The notes below the pieces were generated by a model. That model did not search any database, was not told the DNA's origin, and was given only the letters and a program-made list of their open reading frames with translations. Shown here in pieces: positions 36,350-47,100 of a DNA stretch of 64,000 nt. This DNA comes from an uncultured Candidatus Poseidoniales archaeon. GTDB taxonomy: Archaea; Thermoplasmatota; Poseidoniia; Poseidoniales; Thalassarchaeaceae. Each line of letters begins with the position of its first letter. Position 1 is the first letter of the stretch. Location of the stretch: the NCBI GenBank assembly GCA_964647665.1, contig CAZYIX010000001.1:115606-179605 (forward strand), given 5' to 3'. A program made the position numbers and the translations under genes.

Positions 36350-38935
36350 ATGGGCGACCTTCAAAGGTGGATTGAGCAAGCCGCGTCCATGCCTCGCGCT
36401 GCGCGTGCCTCAGCACTCGCCGTTGTTCTGTTGTTGTCAATGCTCACAGCATCTGCTATTACGGTGGCTGACACTTCTGCAAGAGCCACCGCTTGTGCAG
36501 AGACAGATGTGGACGAGTTGCCGGGTTTGTTCAACGTTCTCGACCAAGGTTGCCATCAGATTGACCTTGGATATCTGACCCCCGGACAGATTGTGGAATT
36601 CGACATTTCTGCCGATGATTCATTCGATTTTCTAGTTTTCAATTCAAATGCTCTTACAGTCTACACCAACGACCAATCATACCGAGATAATGCATACTGG
36701 GAAGAGGATACTGTATTCGAGTCCTTGAGCGGCAATGCTCGTTGGCATTGGGCAGTCCCCGAAACCTCTGAGATGAGATGGTATGTCATCCTAGACAACC
36801 TCGATCACCCAGGTGATGATGACCAAGGCGACCTCGGAGGCCTCACAGTAGCAATCGATGTCAACATCAGTTTTCCATCGCAAGGAATTTGGGCGGTTCA
36901 CGACAATTTGGTCCGTCTTGGCATTAACGACCACCAACAGTTGCTTGGACCGAGTGTGCTGACTCTCGATGGTGGAACTCAAGTCTCTATTGAGGCCATT
37001 GCCTTGCAAGGCGAGCCTGACCTATTCATACTGACAGCTGCTCAGCGAGACACCTACCTTGCTGGTAATGGTGCACAGTTTCGGGTCAGTGGCGCGGACC
37101 TATTCTCAATCACGGCAGACGGTTCTGTAGCATGGACTGTGCCGTCGGAACACTCCGGTGAAGGTGTGTATCTATTTGCAGACAATGAGGATGGGCCTAC
37201 TGGCGGCGGTGATGGGGATAGCGATGCTGCAGTTACCGTCATGGTGACTTTGTTACCAGTGATTTCAGCGACCATCGATGACGACTTGCAAGGTGACTTG
37301 GATGTTGGAGATGTTGCGACGGTCACCGCGAATAACACCCCCAATTTGTCGCAACAGGTAGACGAGGATGCATACGAATGGGATTTGGACGCTGATGGAG
37401 AGATTGATGCAACCGGCGCATGGGCCGACGTATCTTTCGACACCCCCGGAGACCATGTTGTCACACTGAAGGTCGCTGGGGTGGACGGGCGTACCGACTC
37501 TACCGACCATACGATTTCAGTCAAGGACCAGACCGGACCCACCGCAATCATCAGTGGTAGCGATGACCTTATTCGGGGCTTTGGTGAGACGTTTAGCCTG
37601 TCCAGCAATTCACAGGATAATTGGATGATTGACCGTGAGGAATGGTGGGTGGATGGCTCACTATTCCAGCAGGACAACGGCACCCAGAATACCTTCACTC
37701 ACTCTTTCAGCGTGGGCGGTGCTCATCACATTGAGTTGAAGGTCTACGATGGAGAATCACTGTTTGACAATGACACTGCCATGGTTACTATTCAGGACAC
37801 TACCAGACCAATCGTAGGTTCAATCGAAGGCCCAAGTGAATTGACCGCAGGTGATAGTGGAACATGGAGCCTGCAGGCTAACGATGGAGAATCAGCCACC
37901 CTCTCATGGTCATGGGACTTCGACAAGGATGACGGTGCTAACGATATGGATGCTACTGGCTCTCAGGCAACTTGGACCTTTAGCAAGGCTGGCAATTATT
38001 GGATAACCTGTACGGTGACAAATGAGGAAAACATCTCCACTCCTACTGAAATGTTGGTTGTCGTCAAGGCGGCCCCATCTTCTGGACTTGGAGCCGGCAT
38101 AGATTTCGCCGGGCCAGCTTTCGCATTATTGTTGGTAATCGGCCTCGCTGTCGGCGGATTCTTCGGATGGCGGCGTTGGCGCGATGCACAGGCTCTCAAA
38201 GTATTGGCAAATGAGGAAATAGCTCGGATTACTGCCGAGCAGGAATCCACTCAAGAACCGACGCAGGAGGAGCAGTTGTCTATGTTCGCGCCCGCTGGTT
38301 CCCGTGTCGTTTCCAGTCGTTCGGGTGCAGAGACTGAGATGGCAGAAATCGCCGGTGCTGGCTATGGCGCATCAGAAGCAGTAGAGAGTGCAGCAATGCT
38401 TGGTGTTCAGACTCAGGTGAGTGATGGCGATTCAGAACTTCTCGCCGCCTTCGATGAGCCTGAAATCAAGCCGGAACCCGCAGTAACACCGGTACAGAAG
38501 GCAGCGGCGCAAGAGCCTGCGCCGGTCGCCGAAAAGCCGGCTGCTGGAGGGGCGACCGTTATCTCCAGTGGAATCGAACTCCCATCAGTGATGAAGCAGG
38601 CAGTTGAGACACCCGCTGAAGTTGCAGCGGCGGCACCTGCACCGGCACCAGAACCTGCCGTAGAGCCTGCGCCAGCACCCGCACCGGCACCAGCCGTTGA
38701 GTCCACACAGCCTACTCCCGCACCTGCCCCCACACCAACCGCAGAACCAACACCCGCACCTACTCCCGTTGCAGAACCAACACCCGCACCCGCAGCAGTG
38801 GCAGAGGGTACTATCGAGGTGATTGGCGCATGTGCCTCATGCGGACAGCGATACGCTGTGGATATGCCAAGTTCAATCAATGAGGCCAGAATAGATTGTC
38901 CGAAGTGTGGTTCTCGCAACAATATCCACAGATGA
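36350..38935 (+). CDS. Large surface protein: signal peptide, PKD domains, single TM, cytoplasmic Pro/Ala-rich linker and C-terminal C4 zinc ribbon
   Basis: Signal peptide (ARASALAVVLLLSMLTASA). PKD motifs (YEWDLDADGEID...HVVTLKV; WSWDFDKDDGANDMDATG...YWITCTVTNEEN). TM FALLLVIGLAVGGFFGW + RRWR. PAPAPEPAVEPAPAPAPAP linker. C-terminal CASCGQRY-x17-CPKCGSRN. Confidence 0.7.
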   Translation: MGDLQRWIEQAASMPRAARASALAVVLLLSMLTASAITVADTSARATACAETDVDELPGLFNVLDQGCHQIDLGYLTPGQIVEFDISADDSFDFLVFNSNALTVYTNDQSYRDNAYWEEDTVFESLSGNARWHWAVPETSEMRWYVILDNLDHPGDDDQGDLGGLTVAIDVNISFPSQGIWAVHDNLVRLGINDHQQLLGPSVLTLDGGTQVSIEAIALQGEPDLFILTAAQRDTYLAGNGAQFRVSGADLFSITADGSVAWTVPSEHSGEGVYLFADNEDGPTGGGDGDSDAAVTVMVTLLPVISATIDDDLQGDLDVGDVATVTANNTPNLSQQVDEDAYEWDLDADGEIDATGAWADVSFDTPGDHVVTLKVAGVDGRTDSTDHTISVKDQTGPTAIISGSDDLIRGFGETFSLSSNSQDNWMIDREEWWVDGSLFQQDNGTQNTFTHSFSVGGAHHIELKVYDGESLFDNDTAMVTIQDTTRPIVGSIEGPSELTAGDSGTWSLQANDGESATLSWSWDFDKDDGANDMDATGSQATWTFSKAGNYWITCTVTNEENISTPTEMLVVVKAAPSSGLGAGIDFAGPAFALLLVIGLAVGGFFGWRRWRDAQALKVLANEEIARITAEQESTQEPTQEEQLSMFAPAGSRVVSSRSGAETEMAEIAGAGYGASEAVESAAMLGVQTQVSDGDSELLAAFDEPEIKPEPAVTPVQKAAAQEPAPVAEKPAAGGATVISSGIELPSVMKQAVETPAEVAAAAPAPAPEPAVEPAPAPAPAPAVESTQPTPAPAPTPTAEPTPAPTPVAEPTPAPAAVAEGTIEVIGACASCGQRYAVDMPSSINEARIDCPKCGSRNNIHR
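38741..38800 (+). repeat. 30-nt tandem direct repeat (2 copies) inside the Pro/Ala-rich linker coding region
   Basis: gcagaaccaacacccgcacc occurs at 38741 and 38771 with a 30-nt period (encodes AEPTPAPxxV twice). Confidence 0.5.
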
Positions 38936-38943
38936 TGGCTTTG

Positions 38944-38977
38944 CGAGGCACCTAGGGAACCTAGGTTGCCTCGTGCG
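38944..38977 (+). terminator. Strong stem-loop immediately after the PKD-protein stop (putative transcript 3' end)
   Basis: GCGAGGCACCTAGG-gaa-CCTAGGT(T)GCCTCGTGC near-perfect 14-bp inverted repeat, 9 nt after the stop codon. Confidence 0.4.
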
Positions 38978-39025
38978 CAGGAGTCGAACACCCTTTAGGC
39001 ACATTAGGGGCCATCAAGGGTTGAG

Positions 39026-42000
39026 ATGGGCGAAGCCGCTGCACGAATGGTCCTCGCTGCACCCGAAAGGCGCAGCGTAAACGGGTTGTGGATTGCAGTA
39101 TTGCTCGTCTTGCCATTAATTGCTCCTTTTTCTGCCGCAGAAGCGGCAGATTCGGTCCGAGCCGACGATTTCGGCATCATCGAGGAATTGCATACCGTGC
39201 TGAATCAGCGGGGACAGTTGCTAGACAGTGAACAGGTGCGGCTGATTGCAGAAGGGCAACTCGCTCCAGTAAAGAACGGAGTTCGTCCTGCTGGTTCGTC
39301 CGATGCGCTTGCTAACGTCGACGAAATTTTCACTGGGATTTCGATGAGAGAATCAGTACAGGCAGACCCGATTCATCCTGCTCCGTTCCAGATACTGCTT
39401 GGAGATGAAGACGTTGCACCCGGATGGGTTGACAACGTTTGGGAGACACTCATCAACATCACTGACTACGTGATCTGGGTCCAGTTCCAAACTGAAGATG
39501 ATGGCCCTCGCCACGATTCTTTCACTACTGTGACCTTCTCTGCCTCTTTGTTCAGCCTATTCAGCGGAGACCCAATGATTCATGACGTGGATGTCGATGG
39601 TGATGGTGATGACGATGTTCGTATTGGCATCAGCATCTCTTGGGATCAAAATAATGGGTGGGGGCTATCAGGAGATGAGATTCTTCCGACTCAGTTGTGG
39701 ATAGAGCCAACCATCCAATATCAGGTCGACGTAATCGATGATTCGGACCCGATGTGGGGTGTTATGGAATTCCTGCATGTTTCATTGCTCAAATCATTTG
39801 CATATTCTTCTAACCCCTTTGAACCCGGTGAGTCCTATGTTTGGGTCATCGATTCAAATTTTACAATTCCTCCAACTGATTGGTCGCTAGACATTGGCTT
39901 CGACAGATTCTGGTTTGACCTCGGTGATTCAGCCCAATCGTTCATTCTCGCATTAACGGGAGGCATCTTTGGCGGAATTCCTGATGAGGGCGACATAACC
40001 GTCGCTGCCCTTGCAGCGCCATATACAGTACAGATTGAGAATTGGGGACAGACAAACTGTCCTGATGACTACGATCCAATGGCCGACCACGGCGCCGGGT
40101 CATTGGACCACCGCTGCCGTATTGGAGTCGGATTCGGCTACGCTCACTTTTCCCCACCAGATGGCGGCGATCGCGAATTATGGGAGCTGGCCTACATTGA
40201 GATGGCCCTGCATCCAGTGGTCAATTCAACACGCCTACCCGCTGAGGTAGACGTTACAATCCGTAACGACAACCTGCTCTCAACTGGTCCTAGCGACATT
40301 GGTGAGAAGAGTCTCACCTCCATCGAGTATTACGCAGACCGTCGCTGCGACATGTGGATTCACTTCCATGAGGACCGAAGCAACTACACGGAAAGTGCTG
40401 GTCAAGAATATGGCAATATCACCGAATCTATTGGCTGGCTGCGTGACCTTCCGTCTGGTACACTGACCAATGAAGAAATATCTCGTACTTTCCGTATGCT
40501 CGGCTCAGAAAGCAGCCCGGCGTTGCCGGGGCAGTTGCCGAGTCGACTTTCCTTTATCCTCGGAATCAAAAATTTCACCCGCGACACAACCCCCAATGTC
40601 GATGACCCTACCCTGCCGGTCAACCCCGCACATCCGCCGAATACACTGTTGTTAGTACGCTCAACCCAACCGGTTGGGAGCGTAGACTACGTTTCTTACT
40701 TCCAACGAGAGGGAGTATCTGCAGACCATCGGCTTTTGACGGTACATGTGGAGGATATTCCAACCGGACTTGTGTTATACGGTGATTTCTGGCTCGGTGG
40801 TTCAGATGATGGAGAAGTATCGACGGATACCTCTGACCTCGATTTTTTCTCTAGAATGATTGATTTCACAATTCTTGCGGTAGTCGACATTTTCCTCGAT
40901 GTGTCCAACACAATCAATGGCATTCCTAGTTCAATTGTCGATGTGATTGGTGGAAGTGCCGGTACCAGTGCAGTGGGGATGAGTGTCAATCTTGAGATGT
41001 ATACCTCATTCGAGTCTGACAGAATTCCTATGGCTTTGGGACAGGCGGACATGTCGCTTGGCTCCAGTGTGCATCCGGTGGCTACTGGAGATCACCTACT
41101 GCTCGCCAACAACACCCAATTCAATACCGTGGTGGGTAGGCATGGGCAGACTGAGCCGTTGGTTCCAATTTCAGTTAGTCTGAGCATTTCTGGCCTAAAG
41201 GCTGCTCATCTGGTCGATGATACCGATACTAATGAACAACGAGTTCAGATTACGATGAATGGCGGAGCACCGATGCGGATGCTATTCCTAGAACACGAAG
41301 GTACCGACCTTGCCAATTCTGACTTCCAAATTGTGCGGATATCGAATATGCCATCCAACCTTGCGGTGATATCTACTCCAACCACCATCACTTACAATTC
41401 GGTTGGAATCCCTGAGATTGTTTACTGTGGTAAAGAAGGCAACATCAGACAGGCGGTAGTACTGGAATCGATGCCGGGTGAATTCACCATGACTGTTTCT
41501 GATGACATTTCTTGGGCCTCAGAACAGCCAATTGGGTCCATTACGATGATGATTTCCGATTCAAGCCAGCCACGAACAATGGATGGTGATCACTTCTTAT
41601 TCGCCCGTGATTCGAATTCTGACAGCATTACACTCTCTACCCGGATGACCGGACTTCGTGAAATTGGCTACATCTCTGCTGCTCAACCGGGAATTCCCGG
41701 ACCCGACGGTCGAGGAACTGCATATCTGGTCGGACCGGGTAATCGCACCTTCTCTGCGGTTGTCATCGATGAAGTTGATCATGATTCAGTAGCAGACGGA
41801 TTGAACGCACACGTCTTGCTCGACCCGATGCCAGGCACTGTTTCACTTGAAGTTCCTGAGAGTTCAACAGGATCGAGCATAGATGTGCCTGAATTCACCA
41901 CCGAAGGTGGTTTGGCAGGTGTTGCATTCTTCCTCGGTGGATTCACCGGCTTTGGAGACAGTGTCAATAAGATGCTTGGGGACCTTGTTACCAGCGTAAC

Positions 42001-43372
42001 TGGAGGCAATGGAAGCGATGCTGCAGACCAGTTGTCATTTGGCATGCAACTAGCTGCTGATAGTGCATTTGATCTCGTCGTCGATGCATCCCAGGGCAGT
42101 ATGGGCTTGAATGAGCCAGAATGGGTACATGGCCTATCTATCACCGCAGAGGAAGCACCAGACAATCACACCGGCTTCCATCTTCGCGGTTGGCTGCCAG
42201 AAATGCCACCAGCAATTGACGTGTCCATAGGTTACCAGAACCTCTCTGTCACCGAACAATGGGATGTCAGCGTCAACATGGTAGGGTGGGAGCCAGCGAG
42301 GCCAGAATTCATCCTACAAGTTGACGGTTATCAGGGTCAAGATTTGCATATGACAATGCTTGGATTTGATACCGGAAAACCCACCGATATAAGCATTGAT
42401 ACACAGACAACAATCGACTTCCGCTCAGTCATTCCTCAACTAACTGTAGTTAGCCAATATGAGTTGAGTCAACGGCTCGGTGCTGTGCATGCAACTTACC
42501 TAGACCGTGAGGCTCAAACTCGCTACGAGATGTTGGTACAAAACATTCCCAAACACATTGACATCGCCTCCTCGCTGGGCTCTACCATCTCGATTGGAAT
42601 GTCAGTGCCAGAGGAGGACAGAGCGGCTGGGCTTGCTCTGGATTCGATGATGATCGAGATGACCTCCTTTTCCGAAGGAATGTGGTGGCCTGCTACAGTT
42701 TTCTTGCATGAATTGCCTGGTGAGATGAATCTGACAATGGAATCTTCAGATATTTTCGATATTACCAAGGAACTTTCCTTCCAAGGCATGCCCACGCTTT
42801 CTTATTCATCCAGTGGTGAGGGCATGGATATGTTCATTTCAACAGCTGGGCGAGCGATTAACTCCAAGGGCGACACTCTGCTGATGGCAGAGAATCTAGC
42901 CAGCCATATGAGTATTGAGCCAACCGAAGACTTCGGTCTGAGGGTGCGTAGCAGTGGTGATGGCATTGGCCGACTATACCTGCGCCAGACCGATATGCCG
43001 ATGCAACCGGGAATCCGGTTAGTACAGATGGAAGCTGTCGGTGAAAATCTGAAAAGCGCGACAATTCACTCCTATACACTCGGTGGCGTCTATCCCATCA
43101 TAGAAATCAGTGATGTCAAAGGTGGCCGAATGATTGCTACCGCTCGAGCCGATGTTAACCTCGGGTCGTGGACGTTAGATGGTCGCGCTGTCCTCATTGA
43201 TGCGCAAGCAACCAGTGGTATTCCAACCGGTTCCACAGTTTCGATGAATGGTGTGGCTGCTGACCTTTCCCTGCTCAATGTGCTTGGGTTTGACGGTTCG
43301 AGCACCCACTATTTGCTTCCGGAACCACTAACCAGCGGCCTTGCGACCGGAATCGCAACTTTGTTTTGGTGA
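39026..43372 (+). CDS. Giant secreted protein (1448 aa), no recognisable domain
   Basis: ATG start and N-terminal signal-like segment (GLWIAVLLVLPLIAPFSAAEAADS). Acidic Thr/Ser/Asp-rich composition, uninterrupted 4.3-kb ORF, no catalytic motif recognised. Confidence 0.7.
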   Translation: MGEAAARMVLAAPERRSVNGLWIAVLLVLPLIAPFSAAEAADSVRADDFGIIEELHTVLNQRGQLLDSEQVRLIAEGQLAPVKNGVRPAGSSDALANVDEIFTGISMRESVQADPIHPAPFQILLGDEDVAPGWVDNVWETLINITDYVIWVQFQTEDDGPRHDSFTTVTFSASLFSLFSGDPMIHDVDVDGDGDDDVRIGISISWDQNNGWGLSGDEILPTQLWIEPTIQYQVDVIDDSDPMWGVMEFLHVSLLKSFAYSSNPFEPGESYVWVIDSNFTIPPTDWSLDIGFDRFWFDLGDSAQSFILALTGGIFGGIPDEGDITVAALAAPYTVQIENWGQTNCPDDYDPMADHGAGSLDHRCRIGVGFGYAHFSPPDGGDRELWELAYIEMALHPVVNSTRLPAEVDVTIRNDNLLSTGPSDIGEKSLTSIEYYADRRCDMWIHFHEDRSNYTESAGQEYGNITESIGWLRDLPSGTLTNEEISRTFRMLGSESSPALPGQLPSRLSFILGIKNFTRDTTPNVDDPTLPVNPAHPPNTLLLVRSTQPVGSVDYVSYFQREGVSADHRLLTVHVEDIPTGLVLYGDFWLGGSDDGEVSTDTSDLDFFSRMIDFTILAVVDIFLDVSNTINGIPSSIVDVIGGSAGTSAVGMSVNLEMYTSFESDRIPMALGQADMSLGSSVHPVATGDHLLLANNTQFNTVVGRHGQTEPLVPISVSLSISGLKAAHLVDDTDTNEQRVQITMNGGAPMRMLFLEHEGTDLANSDFQIVRISNMPSNLAVISTPTTITYNSVGIPEIVYCGKEGNIRQAVVLESMPGEFTMTVSDDISWASEQPIGSITMMISDSSQPRTMDGDHFLFARDSNSDSITLSTRMTGLREIGYISAAQPGIPGPDGRGTAYLVGPGNRTFSAVVIDEVDHDSVADGLNAHVLLDPMPGTVSLEVPESSTGSSIDVPEFTTEGGLAGVAFFLGGFTGFGDSVNKMLGDLVTSVTGGNGSDAADQLSFGMQLAADSAFDLVVDASQGSMGLNEPEWVHGLSITAEEAPDNHTGFHLRGWLPEMPPAIDVSIGYQNLSVTEQWDVSVNMVGWEPARPEFILQVDGYQGQDLHMTMLGFDTGKPTDISIDTQTTIDFRSVIPQLTVVSQYELSQRLGAVHATYLDREAQTRYEMLVQNIPKHIDIASSLGSTISIGMSVPEEDRAAGLALDSMMIEMTSFSEGMWWPATVFLHELPGEMNLTMESSDIFDITKELSFQGMPTLSYSSSGEGMDMFISTAGRAINSKGDTLLMAENLASHMSIEPTEDFGLRVRSSGDGIGRLYLRQTDMPMQPGIRLVQMEAVGENLKSATIHSYTLGGVYPIIEISDVKGGRMIATARADVNLGSWTLDGRAVLIDAQATSGIPTGSTVSMNGVAADLSLLNVLGFDGSSTHYLLPEPLTSGLATGIATLFW

Positions 43373-43377
43373 AAATC

Positions 43378-44067
43378 ATGTCTGACGAGGAAGATATTGA
43401 AGGCATGTTCACTTTGGTGGGCTCACCTGATAATCCCGACCTTGAGGAGTCAGATTTGTCCGATAGTCCTACCCTGACCGACCGGGCTGAACAGATTTCT
43501 GAAGAAAAGAAACAGGAGATCACTCACGACGAGGGTTTTACCGCATCAATCGAGGAAATCGAACTCGCTGAGAAGGCTCTAGAGACCGCTAGGTTGGTTG
43601 CCCGGCAGGTCACTCCATTCCGGGTTATTCTCGCTACAGTTTTCATGGCTGCGTTGATGTTCAGCGTCTTCGCCATTGGTTTCTGGGCAGTGCCCAGAGA
43701 TGCGGTTTCAGTCGAGGTGGCTTATCTTCAGGGTGGCCCCGGTCAGGTCGTGCTGCTGCAAGTGCACAACTTGGGTAGCCGAGGTATTGGCAGCGTCAAT
43801 GTTGAGGCTGAGTTCCAAACTCTAGATGGAGAAGTACTGAATTCCACTCGTTTTACGCGTAGTTCCATTCCTGCTCACACCTCTGTTGCTGGTGATGATC
43901 TTGAGATAATGGTCTCAGGAGTTTCTGTTTGGGATGAGTACATCATTGTCGTGAGATTAGAATACGATTACTATGATGGCTCAGTTGAGGAGCAATCGTG
44001 GAGATATCAGGTCGGTGAATGGTCTAGTGAGCATTTCACTTTGAAAGCCGACCGACACTGGTTCTGA
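43378..44067 (+). CDS. Type II (N-in) single-pass membrane protein with CARDB-like ectodomain, coupled to giant gene
   Basis: Acidic cytoplasmic N-terminus, TM (VILATVFMAALMFSVFAIGFWAV), and a ~140-aa C-terminal domain with VHNLGSRGIGSV CARDB-like motif. Start is 5 nt after the upstream stop (track TTG 43366 overlaps it). Confidence 0.5.
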   Translation: MSDEEDIEGMFTLVGSPDNPDLEESDLSDSPTLTDRAEQISEEKKQEITHDEGFTASIEEIELAEKALETARLVARQVTPFRVILATVFMAALMFSVFAIGFWAVPRDAVSVEVAYLQGGPGQVVLLQVHNLGSRGIGSVNVEAEFQTLDGEVLNSTRFTRSSIPAHTSVAGDDLEIMVSGVSVWDEYIIVVRLEYDYYDGSVEEQSWRYQVGEWSSEHFTLKADRHWF

Positions 44068-44116
44068 GCAGTATCATTACGCTGACAGGATGCGATAAGA
44101 TACAAAGCGGACTCAG

Positions 44117-44144
44117 CGGCCCCCTCCCATAGGAGAGGGGGCCG
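44117..44144 (+). promoter_or_regulatory. GC-rich hairpin with CCC-ATA-GG core abutting the subtilisin start codon
   Basis: CGGCCCCCTCCC-ata-GGAGAGGGGGCCG ends 1 nt before ATG 44146. Same core as the hairpins at 1976..1988 and 8224..8236. Confidence 0.35.
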
Positions 44145-44145
44145 A

Positions 44146-47100
44146 ATGAGGAAGTCAATATTGCTGATGACGCTGTCGATTTTGTTGTTGGCTAGCCTAT
44201 CTCCGCTGCTTACTCAGCCAACTGAGTCATACGGTTCTACTGCGATTGATGATGATTCTCGCAGCGTTGAGAGAGTATCAATTCCGGCTGTCGCTGATGC
44301 AATCAGTGATATTGAGCATTCGCAGTTATTACTGGGCGTCGAGATATCTCGCCAATCCAACGCAGACACCCACCTCGGAATGTGGACGACAAGTGGCCTT
44401 TCCTCAAACATGGACATTCCAACGCAACTCCGTTTACCACGTAATGACATCGCCTTGGCCATAGTTGATGGTGACGTAGGATTGTGGGATGCTCGCAGTT
44501 CTCTGTCAGAGGTTTCTGGGCTTGAGGTGCGTGCCCACATCCCCCCATCTGGGTTCTTGCTGCAAGGGTCTGCCCAGTCGCTAGAAGCAGCAAGAGGTGC
44601 TGAAGGTGTGCTGTCAGTCCATGCCGTGCCTTTGGCATTCATGCTCGATAGTGAATTGATTGAGATGTACATCGATGCACAATCAGTTGTCAGTTCTGGC
44701 CTCGCTGAAGGCGGCGAGCCGGTGACCTCGGTCAGGATGCATGGTTGGCGCCTCGCTGAGACAGCAATGCCACTCGACCATCTTTCTCTGTCAGGATACA
44801 ATTTCGACCTCGATGCGAGAGCAGATGAACTGCTCATCGACCATCGCGATATTGACAATGGACGTCACGATGGTCTGCTTCGACTCGTTGACCTACCAGC
44901 CGCGGCAGCCTCTCCATCGCTCTCATGGCTGAGCCTTGAGCCGGTTTGGATGCCACATAACAACGAAGCCTTCGAGAATATCCACGCCGATGACGTGGAG
45001 AATTTCTTTCTCACTGGCCTGAATGGCTCTGGACAACTGGTAGCGGTTGCAGATTCAGGAATAGACCGTGACCATGGCGACTTCGGCCAGCGAATTCAGC
45101 ACGTAGAATCGGTTACTTGGGGCGACTCAAGCACTGAAGATACCCACTCAGGTCATGGAACTCACGTGGCCTGCACGGTTCTCGGTGACGGCTTCAGAGG
45201 AGCATATGCCGGAATAGCTCCACAGGCGGAACTGTGGTTCCAAGCCATGGAAGATGACTCTACTGGTGATTTCAGTGGAGCGAGCATGGACTACATGCTG
45301 CGGACTGCTTACGAAGGCGGGGCTCACATTCACACAAATTCATGGGGCGCTCACCAGAATTACGGTGAATACACCTCTAGCAGTGAGGACGTCGACAGCA
45401 GGACCAGCCAGTATGACCAATACTGGTCCTACGATGGTTTGGTAGTGTTGGCTTCGGCTGGAAATGATGGACCTGATTCTGACACAGTGTCTCCTCCTGC
45501 AACAGCAAAGAATGTCATCGCAGTTGCCAACACTCACAATCGCGGCGGCGGCGCCCCTGACACTCTATCGCAGAGCAGTAGCCGCGGCCCTACCGATGAT
45601 GGCCGCATCAAGCCAGACGTTTCTGCCCCGGGCGCTTGGGTTCGCTCATGTCGTTCACAAGATGCGACAGAAACTTCTGGAGCATCATGGTCTAGTCAGT
45701 GGTATCTGGAATACTCCGGCACTTCGATGGCCGCTCCCAACGCGGCAGGCGCAGCCACCTTGATTCGCGAATACCTGACTGAAGTTGCAGGCCGCCCATC
45801 ACCACAGGGCGCTCTAATCAAGGCGATGTTGATTCTTGGCGCTGAGGATATTGGTAGCAGAAATATCCCGAATAACGACGAAGGATGGGGTCTGATTAAT
45901 TTGGCAAATTCACTGTTGCCCGGCTCAGATACCGGAGTTTGGGTAGCAGACCGTTACTATGTGCGCTCAGGCAATACCGAGGAGTTCCTGTTCAATGTCT
46001 CTCGCAGCAACACACCGTTCAAGGTGGTGCTAGCATGGTCAGATTATCAGGGGAATTCATGGGCCAGCAAGCAGTTGCAGAACGACCTTGATTTGGTGGT
46101 AATTGCCCCCGATGGTACCGAATACTTGGGTAATGACTTCTCGAGCGGTCGTTCGACTACCGGTGGAACTAGAGATTCGACCAATAACGTCGAGGTCACG
46201 TTGGTCGACAATGCAGACATGGGCATTTGGACTGTCCGAGTGACCGATGTCAGTCACGGTGGCCAGCGTAGTGAGCAGTCGTTTGCAGTTGCAGTTCGTG
46301 GCGCAGGAGTCAACGACCTGCGCAGTGACCCCCTACCTCTTGCCGAAACCTTCACCCTCTCAACTGAGATTCCTCAAGTCAACGATGTGACCACAATCTC
46401 CATCCAAATTCAGAATCAAGGTGGTGGTCCTGCCAATGGGTTGCCGGTACAGGCAATAGCAGGCGGTCAGAACCTCGGAGAAGTCACCCTTGAACTCGGC
46501 CCCGGCATGATTCGTTGGGCAACATGGGATTGGACTCCAATTACAGAGGGAGAGCAGGCAATCACCATCCGAGTCGACCCATATGATGTAGTATCTGAAA
46601 TTGATGAAGCCAACAACCTATTCCAGACAACAGTTGCAGTCAGCGCTCCGGGTGTGCGCATTTCGACTGATGAAACCACCAAACGTCTCGTTGACCCATC
46701 GACGACCAGTACGTCTTGGGATTTTGTTCTGAAAAACACTGCTTTACTGCCGACAAACGCCAGTGTTTCAGCGACGAAACCAGTATTCCTCACTACCGGA
46801 CAGGAAATGACTTCCTGGTTCACTTCGTTTAATCTCACTACTTTCCAACTGAACGGTTCTGAGGAGTCGAGAGTCGGTTTCACGCTTGTGCACTCATCTC
46901 CTACTTCGCCCCCGTCTCCTGGATATTACCAATTCACAGTTACAGCGATGGACGTTGACAATAATGTTGCATTCCCTCTAACGTTGACTCTCGATGTACC
47001 AGTACTACCTGACGTCTCATTCCAAATGCCATTCACCACCCTTTCCGTTTCACCGGTTTACCCGACCGAATTCACTGTTGAAATCCTCAACGATGGCAAT

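Noticed and set aside
37054-37698. 214-aa and other antisense ORFs inside the PKD surface-protein gene (also 38413..38991, GAGAGAG-rich)
   Set aside because: They are embedded in a strongly supported plus-strand gene. Low-complexity Ala/Gly/Ser translations are typical of the reverse frame of Pro/Ala/Thr-rich coding sequence.
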